64,000 nt of DNA from Anaerovoracaceae bacterium (GTDB lineage Bacteria; Bacillota; Clostridia; Peptostreptococcales; Anaerovoracaceae), in NCBI GenBank assembly GCA_045616985.1, contig JAZLHU010000051.1, forward strand, positions 5,884 through 69,883, given 5' to 3'. Below are positions 1 to 8,518 of the stretch, one piece after another. The position numbers and the translations under genes were made by a program. The notes beneath the pieces are model-generated. The model ran no database searches. It was not told where the DNA came from and saw nothing but the letters and a program-made list of their open reading frames with translations. Numbering within the stretch: the stretch's first letter is position 1; every line of letters starts with the position of its first letter.

Positions 1-2
1 GC

Positions 3-815
3 TCACTTGAGATGCTGCCGACCGGATTTATGAACCCGATCACCACCTGGCAGGAAGTCATTTCCGGCCTCGGCTGGAGTCTGGGCTACTTTGGAATGCC
101 GCATATTATCATCAGATTTATGTCCGTCAAATCTCAAAAAGAGCTTAAAAAGAGCGCAAAAATCGGAATAAGCTGGACAGCTCTTATACTGATTTTCTCG
201 GTTGCGTCGGGTGTCATCGGAAGAATGTTTTTGGGCTTCAACGAAAGCATTTCAGAAAATTCCCTGGTATTTATAACAATGGTTCGCAGGCTTTTTCCGG
301 CTGCCATATCAGGCATCCTGCTTTCGGCAGTTCTGGCAGCCGCAATGTCCACAGCCGATTCGCAGCTTTTGGCTGCATCCTCGGCTTTTGCCTCCGACGT
401 ATACAAGCCGATCATAAGGAAAAACAAGGCCGGCGAAAAGGAAATGAACCGGGCAGGAAGGGCAGTTGTCCTTGCAATTTCAATACTTGCGCTGATTATT
501 GCCTCCGATCCTTCCGCAGGCTCGATCATGGATCTGGTTTCCAACGCCTGGGGACTCTTCGGCGCTGCCTTCGGGCCGGCGATAATGCTCTCCTTATTCT
601 GGAAGAAGTTCACATTTAAAGGCGCCGCTGCCGGAATTCTGACCGGAGCAGCAGTAGATATCCTTTGGCTGATCTTCCTCTCATCCACCGGAATATACGA
701 AATAATCCCGGGCACCCTGGCAGGGCTTCTTGTTTGCTACATCGTTTCCAAAGCAAACCCGGCAAGCGAGGATGTACAAACCCTTTTCGAAAACTGCCTT
801 AACTACAAAGACTAA
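3..815 (+). CDS. putP: Sodium:solute symporter (SSF), PutP-like. This is the C-terminal part; the 5' end lies outside the window.
   Basis: The frame is open to the window edge. It carries a GMPHIIIRFMS motif (compare GxPHILxRFMA in PutP/SSF), an MSTADSQLL motif and several hydrophobic helices. Confidence 0.8.
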   Translation, partial: SLEMLPTGFMNPITTWQEVISGLGWSLGYFGMPHIIIRFMSVKSQKELKKSAKIGISWTALILIFSVASGVIGRMFLGFNESISENSLVFITMVRRLFPAAISGILLSAVLAAAMSTADSQLLAASSAFASDVYKPIIRKNKAGEKEMNRAGRAVVLAISILALIIASDPSAGSIMDLVSNAWGLFGAAFGPAIMLSLFWKKFTFKGAAAGILTGAAVDILWLIFLSSTGIYEIIPGTLAGLLVCYIVSKANPASEDVQTLFENCLNYKD

Positions 816-1029
816 GCAAAGAAAAATTCTCAGAATTCTTTTGTAATTTTCACCAATGAATCAAAACATATGGTATTATAAGCTGCGCCGATGTCCCCTG
901 CCTCTATAGGCAGGGGTACAGCTCAGCATTTCAGAAGGGGGCAATAGCCCCTTCTGAAACCCTGAGAAGCCGCATACGGCTTATCGGCTTGCTTGATAAT
1001 CAGGCGCCTCAGATCAAATTCAAGCGAGC

Positions 1030-1059
1030 TTGATTTGACACCTCGGCTTCGATTATAAT
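1030..1059 (+). promoter_or_regulatory. Candidate sigma-A promoter (TTGATT-N18-TATAAT) upstream of the URO-D family gene
   Basis: Hexamers read directly from the sequence. It would give a leader of roughly 110 nt containing the hairpin gcggaaaggcgg...ccgcaaagccgc. Confidence 0.4.
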
Positions 1060-1177
1060 ATAGTTATGAAAAAAAATAATAAATAACGAAAGAATCAGCG
1101 GAAAGGCGGAAATAAACCGCAAAGCCGCAAAACCAAATCAACTGTTTTTATCTGCGCAAATTTATAGGAGAGAAAAA

Positions 1178-2143
1178 ATGACACCAAGAGACAACTTTTT
1201 CGCATTTTTCAAAGGCGAGGATTATGAATGGGTTCCACTCAATTCAGACATCTGTATGTTCAACCCGGAAGAATTCCACGATTGCAAGGCAAGAGGAATG
1301 GTAAATCAGCAGGCACCGTTCGACCGCGATTCACAGGCAGGCGGACTCGGCTGGTTCGGTGTTGACTGGGAATACGTTCCGCAGGTTACAGGCTCCATGT
1401 CCAAGGGCAGAATGTTCCGGGATCTTGAAGAGTGGGAAGAAAAGCTCGTATGGCCAAACCTTGACGAATACGACTGGGAAGGAGTAAAGGCAAAGAACGC
1501 CGACTACTTAAACACAGACAAAATCATTTATACAACAGTATTCTGCGGATTCTTCGAAAGGCTTATTTCCTTCGTGGAATTTGAAGATGCAGCACTTGCT
1601 CTTATCGACCCGGATCAGGAAGAAACAGTTCACAAGCTCTTCGCAAGACTTACAGACCTTTACATCGACTACATCGGAAGAATGCACAAGTACTATAATG
1701 TAGAGCTTGTTGAATTCCACGACGACTGGGGCAACCAGAGAGCTGAAATGTTCTCCGGAAGCACTCTTAAGGAAATGATCATCCCATACGTAAAAAGAAT
1801 CGTTGACTTCTGCCACGAAAACGGAATCATTTTTCTCCAGCACTCCTGCGGAAAGATCGAAAACGTATTTGAAAACGTGATCGAATCCGGCGCTGACACA
1901 TGGTGCGGTCAGGAAATCGAAGACATGAAGTACAGACTCGTTCAGAAGTACTCCGACAGATTCATCTTCCAGGTAGGCCTTACCCCGAACGACAAGATGA
2001 CAATCGAAGAAACAGAAAAGTATACAAGAGACACACTCGAAATGTACAGACCATATAAAGTCTGGTTCCGTTACACCCCGAGAGTACTCCGCAAAGAACA
2101 GTGCGATGTTATCGACAAGATCTTAAGAGAATACAGGAGATAA
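1178..2143 (+). CDS. Uroporphyrinogen decarboxylase (URO-D) family protein, MtaA/CmuA-like methyltransferase type
   Basis: 321 aa with RBS aggagag. The C-terminal half matches the URO-D pattern (HDDWG...PYVKRIVDFCHENG..LQHSCGKI...ESGAD). Confidence 0.65.
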   Translation: MTPRDNFFAFFKGEDYEWVPLNSDICMFNPEEFHDCKARGMVNQQAPFDRDSQAGGLGWFGVDWEYVPQVTGSMSKGRMFRDLEEWEEKLVWPNLDEYDWEGVKAKNADYLNTDKIIYTTVFCGFFERLISFVEFEDAALALIDPDQEETVHKLFARLTDLYIDYIGRMHKYYNVELVEFHDDWGNQRAEMFSGSTLKEMIIPYVKRIVDFCHENGIIFLQHSCGKIENVFENVIESGADTWCGQEIEDMKYRLVQKYSDRFIFQVGLTPNDKMTIEETEKYTRDTLEMYRPYKVWFRYTPRVLRKEQCDVIDKILREYRR

Positions 2144-2176
2144 TACGAGAAGTAATACAAATTATACAAAATTAAA

Positions 2177-2206
2177 GATTGCACCCCGAGTGCAATCGGC
2201 AATTTT
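2177..2206. terminator. Candidate bidirectional terminator between convergent genes
   Basis: 8-bp stem gattgcac/gtgcaatc with a 5-nt loop. The flanks are A-rich upstream and T-rich downstream. Confidence 0.45.
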
Positions 2207-2251
2207 TATCGAAAAATCATCTTATCTTAACTTATATTAACCCATCTTACC

Positions 2252-3208
2252 CTATTTTTGCGGCCCCGCATTTCGGACAGCTTCTTGCGGCCCCGCCTGC
2301 TTTTCGCCCTGAGCCTTTTGAAGTTCATTTGCAGACTGAACCACCACATCGCCCAGAATCCTGACCACATCATTAAACAGCACAGGATCCTCCTTGCTGT
2401 TTACGGCAGCCATCTGCCTGATGCCGGCCTTAACATTCGGATTCTTAATCAAACTGTCCATCATCGGACTTCCCGCAAGCTTTTCAACCGCCGCATCGCA
2501 GCTGTCCATAAATTCTTCCTTGGTAGTATTCTTGCCGGCCTCTTCGCACGCCCGAATATACTTGTTGCACACCAAAATGCTCGCAAGCTCCTTCTTAAAC
2601 GCATCGGGCTCAAGATCCGGATCCACATACTTTAAAAACTTTGCCGACGCCGTCAACAAATTCCGAGCCGACTCAAGCCCCGCATCATTTTTTAGAACCG
2701 TTGTTTCCGCACCACGTCCGGCAGGTGCCGCAGCCGGTGCCGCATTTTTCGCCTCAAGCTCAATATTATCCAGCATCGTCATCACGCTTCGAACCTGTGC
2801 AACCTGCTCATCAAGCTCCAAATCCGGATTATCAAACATTTTCTGTTCAAGACCGTCCGCATATTTATCCAAAAGATCCCAGGTCTTAGAAAGATTTTGC
2901 AGATCCTTTTTAGACCCGGTAAACTTCTTAAGATCGCCCATCGGCTTTAAGGCAGCCTTAACCGCCCCATCGTTTTTAATTTCGTCAGGCAGTTTTTTCA
3001 GCACAACCGAAAGAAGCATCTTGTAATCGGCAAACGACTTTGCAGGCGCAAGCCTTTCAGCCTCAGTCTTTTGAATTTTAACCATCTGATCGGCATTTCT
3101 GTTCTGCTTATCTATTTTATCCTGAATCTTTTTTGCATCTCGTTGCTCTCCCGCGCGATTGCGGCGCTGGTGTGCAGCTTCGTCAAAATTTATTTCACCT
3201 TTAGGCAT
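2252..3208 (-). CDS. Hypothetical hydrophilic K/E-rich protein, 318 aa, with no signal peptide or TM segment
   Basis: The start was moved to MPKGEINF, which follows RBS GGGAGGGAAC. The upstream part of the tracked ORF has no RBS. No recognisable domain. Confidence 0.6.
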   Translation of the reverse strand: MPKGEINFDEAAHQRRNRAGEQRDAKKIQDKIDKQNRNADQMVKIQKTEAERLAPAKSFADYKMLLSVVLKKLPDEIKNDGAVKAALKPMGDLKKFTGSKKDLQNLSKTWDLLDKYADGLEQKMFDNPDLELDEQVAQVRSVMTMLDNIELEAKNAAPAAAPAGRGAETTVLKNDAGLESARNLLTASAKFLKYVDPDLEPDAFKKELASILVCNKYIRACEEAGKNTTKEEFMDSCDAAVEKLAGSPMMDSLIKNPNVKAGIRQMAAVNSKEDPVLFNDVVRILGDVVVQSANELQKAQGEKQAGPQEAVRNAGPQK

Positions 3209-3406
3209 AGTTCCCTCCCATGGTACAATGAATAATCTACCCCTATATAACAACATAAGTACGTTAGTAAAGCGTTGCAAGTTTTTACTCCCGATTCGGC
3301 TATGAGTGTTTTTATTAAAACGCCTTAAAATTACAGTGAAAAGGCTTAAAATCATTCCTCAAATATAAAGATGGGGGTCATAGTAGGTTTATATGACAAG
3401 CATACC

Positions 3407-3436
3407 ATTTCCGAGGTGCTCGGCATCGTGTGTTTT
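3407..3436 (+). repeat. Left copy of a 30-bp direct repeat flanking the lipoprotein cassette
   Basis: atttccgaggtgctcggcatcgtgtgtttt matches 27 of 30 positions with 4224-4253. Confidence 0.8.
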
Positions 3437-3584
3437 TTCAAGAGAATAAATAAAAGAAAATGTTATCTTGTAAATAGGCATTGACTTATATGATAGGATA
3501 TAAAAAAGAAAAATATGAAACATTTTGACAATTTTTTCGTCTATATGATTATGATATAGAAACATACTTTAGGAGGTAACGACT

Positions 3585-4160
3585 ATGAAAAAGATTATAG
3601 CAGTAGGGCTTTGCCTTGTGCTGGCACTCTCTTTGGTTGGTTGCGGAACAAAGGAGACTGGAAATGGTTCTTCAGTTGCTGGTGGTGCAGATATACCAAA
3701 CAGTAGTGAAGTCATTGATACAGAGAAAACACAAGAGGCAACTATTGAAACAGATAAAGACACTCCAGACAATAATGTACCATTGTATGCAGAAATGTCT
3801 ATTGCTGATGGTTCATATAAAGATAATAAGGCAACATTTATCTTAAAAAACAATAGCAACGAAGAATACAATTATGGATCTGAGTATGCTATAGAAGAAC
3901 AAGTAAATGGAGAATGGCTTGAAATTGTGCTTGACCCTCCATTGACTTGGAACGCTGTCATTATGAAACTTGAACCACAGTCTTCTATCAAGTTTGAAGT
4001 TGATTTCTCATTTGGCTATGGGGCATTGAAAGATGGCACATACAGACTTAGTAAAACTATCTGCGATAAGGACAGGAATTGGTCTATTGTATATGCAGAG
4101 TTCAGCATTCCTGAACTTTGTGGATTGCCACTTGCACCAGAGGGATTTACAAAACCATAA
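3585..4160 (+). CDS. Lipoprotein with an Ig-like beta-sandwich domain (Big_14-like pattern)
   Basis: RBS aggagg. Signal peptide with lipobox LVGC. The motif pattern is YxxxYAIEEQVNGEWLEI...DGTYRLSK. Composition is visibly AT-rich relative to neighbouring genes. Confidence 0.7.
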   Translation: MKKIIAVGLCLVLALSLVGCGTKETGNGSSVAGGADIPNSSEVIDTEKTQEATIETDKDTPDNNVPLYAEMSIADGSYKDNKATFILKNNSNEEYNYGSEYAIEEQVNGEWLEIVLDPPLTWNAVIMKLEPQSSIKFEVDFSFGYGALKDGTYRLSKTICDKDRNWSIVYAEFSIPELCGLPLAPEGFTKP

Positions 4161-4180
4161 CATTATATTGTTGATAGGTT

Positions 4181-4210
4181 GAGAGAGGTCAATTTGACCT
4201 CTCTTTTCTT
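4181..4210 (+). terminator. Rho-independent terminator
   Basis: Stem gagaggtc, loop aattt, stem gacctctc, followed by ttttctt. Confidence 0.7.
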
Positions 4211-4223
4211 ATGCAATGCAATA

Positions 4224-4253
4224 ATTTCTCAGGTGCTCGGCATAGTGTGTTTT
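4224..4253 (+). repeat. Right copy of the 30-bp direct repeat flanking the lipoprotein cassette
   Basis: atttctcaggtgctcggcatagtgtgtttt. A partial third copy, catagtgtgtt, follows at about 4263. Confidence 0.8.
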
Positions 4254-4378
4254 AGATAAAAACATAGTGTGTTCTGTTAAAAAGGCTTAATTTTATAAGG
4301 GTTATCTTGACCTGTATAATTCTGTAAGCAATTTGCTCCCAGAGAAACACTCAAATCCGAACCGGGAGAGGTTTTAAA

Positions 4379-4407
4379 TTGATGAAATTCGGCTTCGATG
4401 GTATAAT
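4379..4407 (+). promoter_or_regulatory. Candidate sigma-A promoter (TTGATG-N17-TATAAT) for the two-component operon
   Basis: Hexamers and the 17-nt spacer read directly from the sequence, about 50 nt upstream of the RBS aaggagg. Confidence 0.55.
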
Positions 4408-4458
4408 AAAGTGTTTTAGTATGCGCTGAAAAAGGAGCCCAAAGAAGGAGGATTCCTC

Positions 4459-5160
4459 ATGAAAAGAATACTCGTAATCGAAGACGAGCAGTCGATCTCA
4501 GACATCATCAGATTTAACCTTAAAAAAGAAGGGTATGAAGTTGATACGGCTTACGACGGACAGGACGGACTTGCCAAAGCCTTAAGCGAAATCGCCGCAC
4601 CCGATCTTATACTTCTTGATATAATGCTGCCGCTTATGGACGGCTTTGAAGTTTGCAAAAAAGTAAGAGAAAAATCCAATGTTCCTATCCTGATGCTCAC
4701 CGCAAAGGAAGAAGAAGTTGATAAGGTTCTCGGCCTTGAGCTCGGTGCAGACGACTACATCACAAAGCCCTTCGGCATGCGCGAGCTTATCGCAAGAATC
4801 CGCGCAAACATCCGCCGCACGGAGCAGATGAACCCGGCAGAAGATGTGCCCGCAGACATCAAGGTCTACGGCAATGTTTCCATAGACATGAACCGTTACG
4901 AGGTAAAAAAGAACAACGAGATTTTAGATCTGACCCTCCGCGAGTTCGAGCTTTTAAAATATCTTGCGGAAAGAGAAGAAAAGGTCTTTTCCCGCGAGCA
5001 GCTCCTTGAAGAAGTCTGGGGCTACGAATATTACGGCGACATCCGCACCGTTGATGTGACCGTCAGGCGCCTTAGGGAAAAAATAGAGGATGATCCGTCC
5101 GAACCGAAATTCATCTTAACAAAACGCGGCATAGGGTATTTCTTCCGCGCGCCGCAATAA
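4459..5160 (+). CDS. OmpR/PhoB-family response regulator (WalR/VicR-like)
   Basis: REC domain (ILVIEDE, LDIMLP, TAK) plus a winged-helix C-terminus (LTLREFELLKYL...RTVDVTVRRLREKIE...RGIGY). Confidence 0.9.
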   Translation: MKRILVIEDEQSISDIIRFNLKKEGYEVDTAYDGQDGLAKALSEIAAPDLILLDIMLPLMDGFEVCKKVREKSNVPILMLTAKEEEVDKVLGLELGADDYITKPFGMRELIARIRANIRRTEQMNPAEDVPADIKVYGNVSIDMNRYEVKKNNEILDLTLREFELLKYLAEREEKVFSREQLLEEVWGYEYYGDIRTVDVTVRRLREKIEDDPSEPKFILTKRGIGYFFRAPQ

Positions 5161-5185
5161 TACGAGTGCATTACATAAGCAAAAA

Positions 5186-7015
5186 GTGAAAAAAACAATC
5201 AAAGGAAGCGTTCGCCAGAGAATAATTCTGATTTACTTCCTGCTGGTGTTCATAGCAATGGCCATCGTTTCGGTCTACCTTATGAGCAGCATGGAAACAA
5301 ATCAGCTTGCCTCCTTAAAACAGAATATCGAAAGCAGCATAAACCAAAGCAATCTGCTTTCAACACTTTCAAACTACGAGCCATTGGATCAGAATTCCGG
5401 CGGACTCTCGGTTTTACTTGAAGAAAGCTGGGCCGGCGGCAGCACACAGGAAATCAGCATCGTCGGTAAAAACATGCTTATACTTGCATCATCAAACAAA
5501 ACCCTGCAGGGCAAAAGCGCTGCCGCCGTTTTGGATGCAGACCTTCTTGCAAAAACATTTTCAAAAAAGACAGCCTCGGAAAAACGCGGCAGCACGGGAG
5601 ATATAGAAATACTGTCCTTGTCGTATCCTGCCTGGGATAAAAGCGAAAGCAAGGTCATCGGTGCCGTATATGTAAGAGCGGATCTTACAATAATCAATCA
5701 GTTCTTATCAACCAGCAAGGCCCTCTTTGTGCGCGCCATTGTCCTTGCCCTCATCATTACGGTGCTTTTGGGCTTTATTCTTGCACGCAGCATCACCGTT
5801 CCGATCAACAGGGTAACGGAAACCGCAGAGGCAATGTCTAAGGGGGATTTCTCAAAATCCGTTCCCGTAAAATCCAATGACGAAATCGGCCAGCTTGCAG
5901 AGATGTTCAATATCCTTCGCGAAAAGCTCGATGCCACATTGGAAGAGATATCATCGGAAAAAAATAAACTCGGAACCATCCTGGAATATATGGCAGACGG
6001 TCTTATAGCCATAGACCTTGAAGGCCGCATCCTTCACGCAAATCCGCAGGCCCGTGAAATGCTCGGCATCGCAGAAGAGGCAGACCTTTCAAAAGCAAGC
6101 TACGATCAGCTTATGAGCGGTGTTGCGGAAGACCTTACGCTCGATAAGCTCAAAGAAAACTGCAGAGACGAGGGCGGTCAGGGAGTCTTTGAACAGGACG
6201 GCAGGATTTTTGCCGTACGCTACGACCGCTTTAAGGATGAGGATGCGGAGGACATCGGTATCATCATAATCATTCAGGATATTACGGAGCGGCAAAAGCT
6301 TGAGGATATGCAGACAGACTTTGTTGCCAATGTTTCCCACGAGCTTAAAACTCCTCTCACAAATATTAAAAGCTATACGGAAACTCTGCTCGACGGCGCC
6401 CTCGAAGATCGCGACACAGCAGACCACTTCCTTGAAATCATCAACTCGGAAGCAGACCGCATGAACCGCCTTGTAAAAGACCTCCTGCAGCTTAGCCGAC
6501 TTGACAACAATCAAGACATCACCAACATAAAAGAAACCAATGCCGTAATGCTTGTCGACACCGCTGTTACAAAAATTCAAATCACGGCAGCCGGCAAGAA
6601 TCAGCAGCTCAATAAGCTCTACGACAACGCAAAAGATATCCGCGTAAATGTTGACCGCGATAAATTCGAACAGGTAATACTAAACGTCCTTACCAACGCC
6701 ATCAAGTATACACAGGAAGGCGGCCGCATAGACGTCGATGTATTCGAGCAGGCAGCCTCGTGTAAAATCATTGTAAGCGATAACGGGATAGGTATTTCCG
6801 CCGAAGCTCTTCCGAGAATATTCGAACGCTTCTACCGTGTTGATAGAGCCCGTTCCCGAGCCATGGGAGGCACCGGTCTGGGGCTTGCCATCACAAAGCA
6901 AATCGTAGAAAACCACGGCGGAACCATTATTGCCGAATCTACCGAAGGCAAAGGCACCAAGATGATAATCGAGCTTCCGCTCGCTTTGCGTAAGGGTGTA
7001 CGTAACATTGATTAA
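5186..7015 (+). CDS. Sensor histidine kinase (WalK/VicK-like) with 2 TM segments, HAMP, PAS, HisKA and HATPase domains
   Basis: GTG start. H-box FVANVSHELKTPLT, N-box NAIKYT, G-boxes DNGIGI and GGTGLGLAI. Confidence 0.9.
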   Translation: MKKTIKGSVRQRIILIYFLLVFIAMAIVSVYLMSSMETNQLASLKQNIESSINQSNLLSTLSNYEPLDQNSGGLSVLLEESWAGGSTQEISIVGKNMLILASSNKTLQGKSAAAVLDADLLAKTFSKKTASEKRGSTGDIEILSLSYPAWDKSESKVIGAVYVRADLTIINQFLSTSKALFVRAIVLALIITVLLGFILARSITVPINRVTETAEAMSKGDFSKSVPVKSNDEIGQLAEMFNILREKLDATLEEISSEKNKLGTILEYMADGLIAIDLEGRILHANPQAREMLGIAEEADLSKASYDQLMSGVAEDLTLDKLKENCRDEGGQGVFEQDGRIFAVRYDRFKDEDAEDIGIIIIIQDITERQKLEDMQTDFVANVSHELKTPLTNIKSYTETLLDGALEDRDTADHFLEIINSEADRMNRLVKDLLQLSRLDNNQDITNIKETNAVMLVDTAVTKIQITAAGKNQQLNKLYDNAKDIRVNVDRDKFEQVILNVLTNAIKYTQEGGRIDVDVFEQAASCKIIVSDNGIGISAEALPRIFERFYRVDRARSRAMGGTGLGLAITKQIVENHGGTIIAESTEGKGTKMIIELPLALRKGVRNID

Positions 7016-7050
7016 AAACTTGCTTAAAACCAACCTGCACTTAAGCTTTC

Positions 7051-7213
7051 ACAAAGTATCACTTTCATCCGCGCAGGTGCAGTGCTGCTTTTGAAACATC
7101 AGCTCTGCTTCCTGAGCTCCCTGCTGCGGAGAGCAGCTCGCTCTTAACGGAAGTCTCGCTGTGTTCAAAGACGCAGCTTATGCAAAACGCATCTGAAAGC
7201 GATCCTTTGCAAA
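7051..7213. repeat. Family-B palindromic module, extended copy
   Basis: The core acaaagtatcactttcatccgcgcaggtgcagtgctgcttttgaaacatcagctctgcttcctgagc is shared with 12437 and 54857. A distal arm, ctgaaagcgatcctttg, pairs back to the start. Confidence 0.8.
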
Positions 7214-7265
7214 AGCATTAAAAAATATTGTATAAGCCCGGGAAGTGTGAAAAGGAATAAAAGAA

Positions 7266-7525
7266 TGGAGCTTAAAGAGTTAAGAGAAGAAATAAATGCA
7301 ATTGATGCGCAGATAGAAGATCTGTTCCAGAAAAGAATGGATGTATCTGCCAAGATTGCAGACTACAAGAAAGCAAGTGGACTCCCTACAAGAGATCCGC
7401 AAAGAGAAGCGGAAATTCTGGACAAGCATGTAAAGTCAGTTCGTCCGGAGCTTTCGATTTATGTTTACGAGCTTTTTGAAAAGCTGATGCAGCTCTCAAG
7501 AGATTATCAGAACTCTATCAGATAA
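7266..7525 (+). CDS. Chorismate mutase, AroQ class, monofunctional
   Basis: MELKELREEINAIDAQIEDLFQKRMDVSAKIADYK is the typical CM_2 helix-1 pattern. The ATG at 7266 is preferred over the GTG at 7247. Confidence 0.8.
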
Positions 7526-7597
7526 AATCAAATATCAAAGATACAAAAGATATCTGATGTTGAGAGGAAAACAAATTACAGAAACAGAGGAAATACA

Positions 7598-8518
7598 ATG
7601 AAACAAAAACCGGTACTTGTAGTAATGGCTGCGGGAATGGGCAGCCGCTACGGCGGACTTAAGCAAATCGACAAACTTGGTCCGAACGGCGAAGTCATCA
7701 TAGACTATTCGCTTTACGATGCACACAGAGCAGGCTTTGATAAAGTTGTTTTCATCATCAAGCATGCAATTGAAGAAGATTTCAAAGAAATCATAAACCG
7801 CGGCATAGGGAAACACATGGAAACGGCATACGCATTTCAGGAGGTTTCGGATATTCCCGAGGGCTTCAGCGTTCCCGAAGAAAGAGTAAAGCCATGGGGA
7901 ACGGGCCACGCAATCCTTTCTGCAAAAGACCTCATAGACGGACCCTTTGCAGTGATCAATGCCGACGACTACTATGGGCCGGGAGTGTTTAAGGCAATAT
8001 ACGAATATCTTTGCACTGCAGAAGATAGCGATAAATACGATTACTGCATGGCAGGATACAAGCTTAAAAATACAATGTCAGAAACAGGCTCCGTTGCACG
8101 CGGAGTATGCGTGGAGGAAAACGGATGCCTTAAGCGCATCGACGAGCGCACGGACGTCAGAAAAATGGATGGTACAATTAAGTTTACCGAAGACGGCGGA
8201 CAAACCTTTACGGAGCTTGATCCGGATTCAACAGTATCAATGAACTTTTTCGGCTTTACGCCCTCTATCTTAAAAGAACTGGAGGAGAGATTTCCTGTTG
8301 CTCTGGAAAACATTTTGAAAACAAACCCGATCAAAGGGGAATTTTATATACCGATCGTTTCTTCCGAGCTTATTGTTGAAGGGAAGGCAAGCATTAAGGT
8401 ACTTCCATGCAGCGATAAATGGTTTGGGGTAACAAATAAAGAGGACAGACCAATGGTGGCAGAGTCCTTTAAAAGACTGACAGAGGAAGGAGTTTATCCG
8501 ACAGAATTATGGAAGTAA
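7598..8518 (+). CDS. Sugar-phosphate nucleotidyltransferase family protein
   Basis: N-terminal VVMAAGMGSRYGGLKQ signature (GxGxR nucleotidyltransferase loop) and NADDYYG. Confidence 0.7.
   Translation: MKQKPVLVVMAAGMGSRYGGLKQIDKLGPNGEVIIDYSLYDAHRAGFDKVVFIIKHAIEEDFKEIINRGIGKHMETAYAFQEVSDIPEGFSVPEERVKPWGTGHAILSAKDLIDGPFAVINADDYYGPGVFKAIYEYLCTAEDSDKYDYCMAGYKLKNTMSETGSVARGVCVEENGCLKRIDERTDVRKMDGTIKFTEDGGQTFTELDPDSTVSMNFFGFTPSILKELEERFPVALENILKTNPIKGEFYIPIVSSELIVEGKASIKVLPCSDKWFGVTNKEDRPMVAESFKRLTEEGVYPTELWK

Noticed and set aside
1060-1177. A cobalamin riboswitch upstream of the URO-D/MtaA-like gene.
   Set aside because: I could not find a B12-box-like core (…AGYCMGgAgaCCkGCC…) or the expected multi-stem architecture. 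There is only one simple hairpin, gcggaaaggcgg/ccgcaaagccgc.
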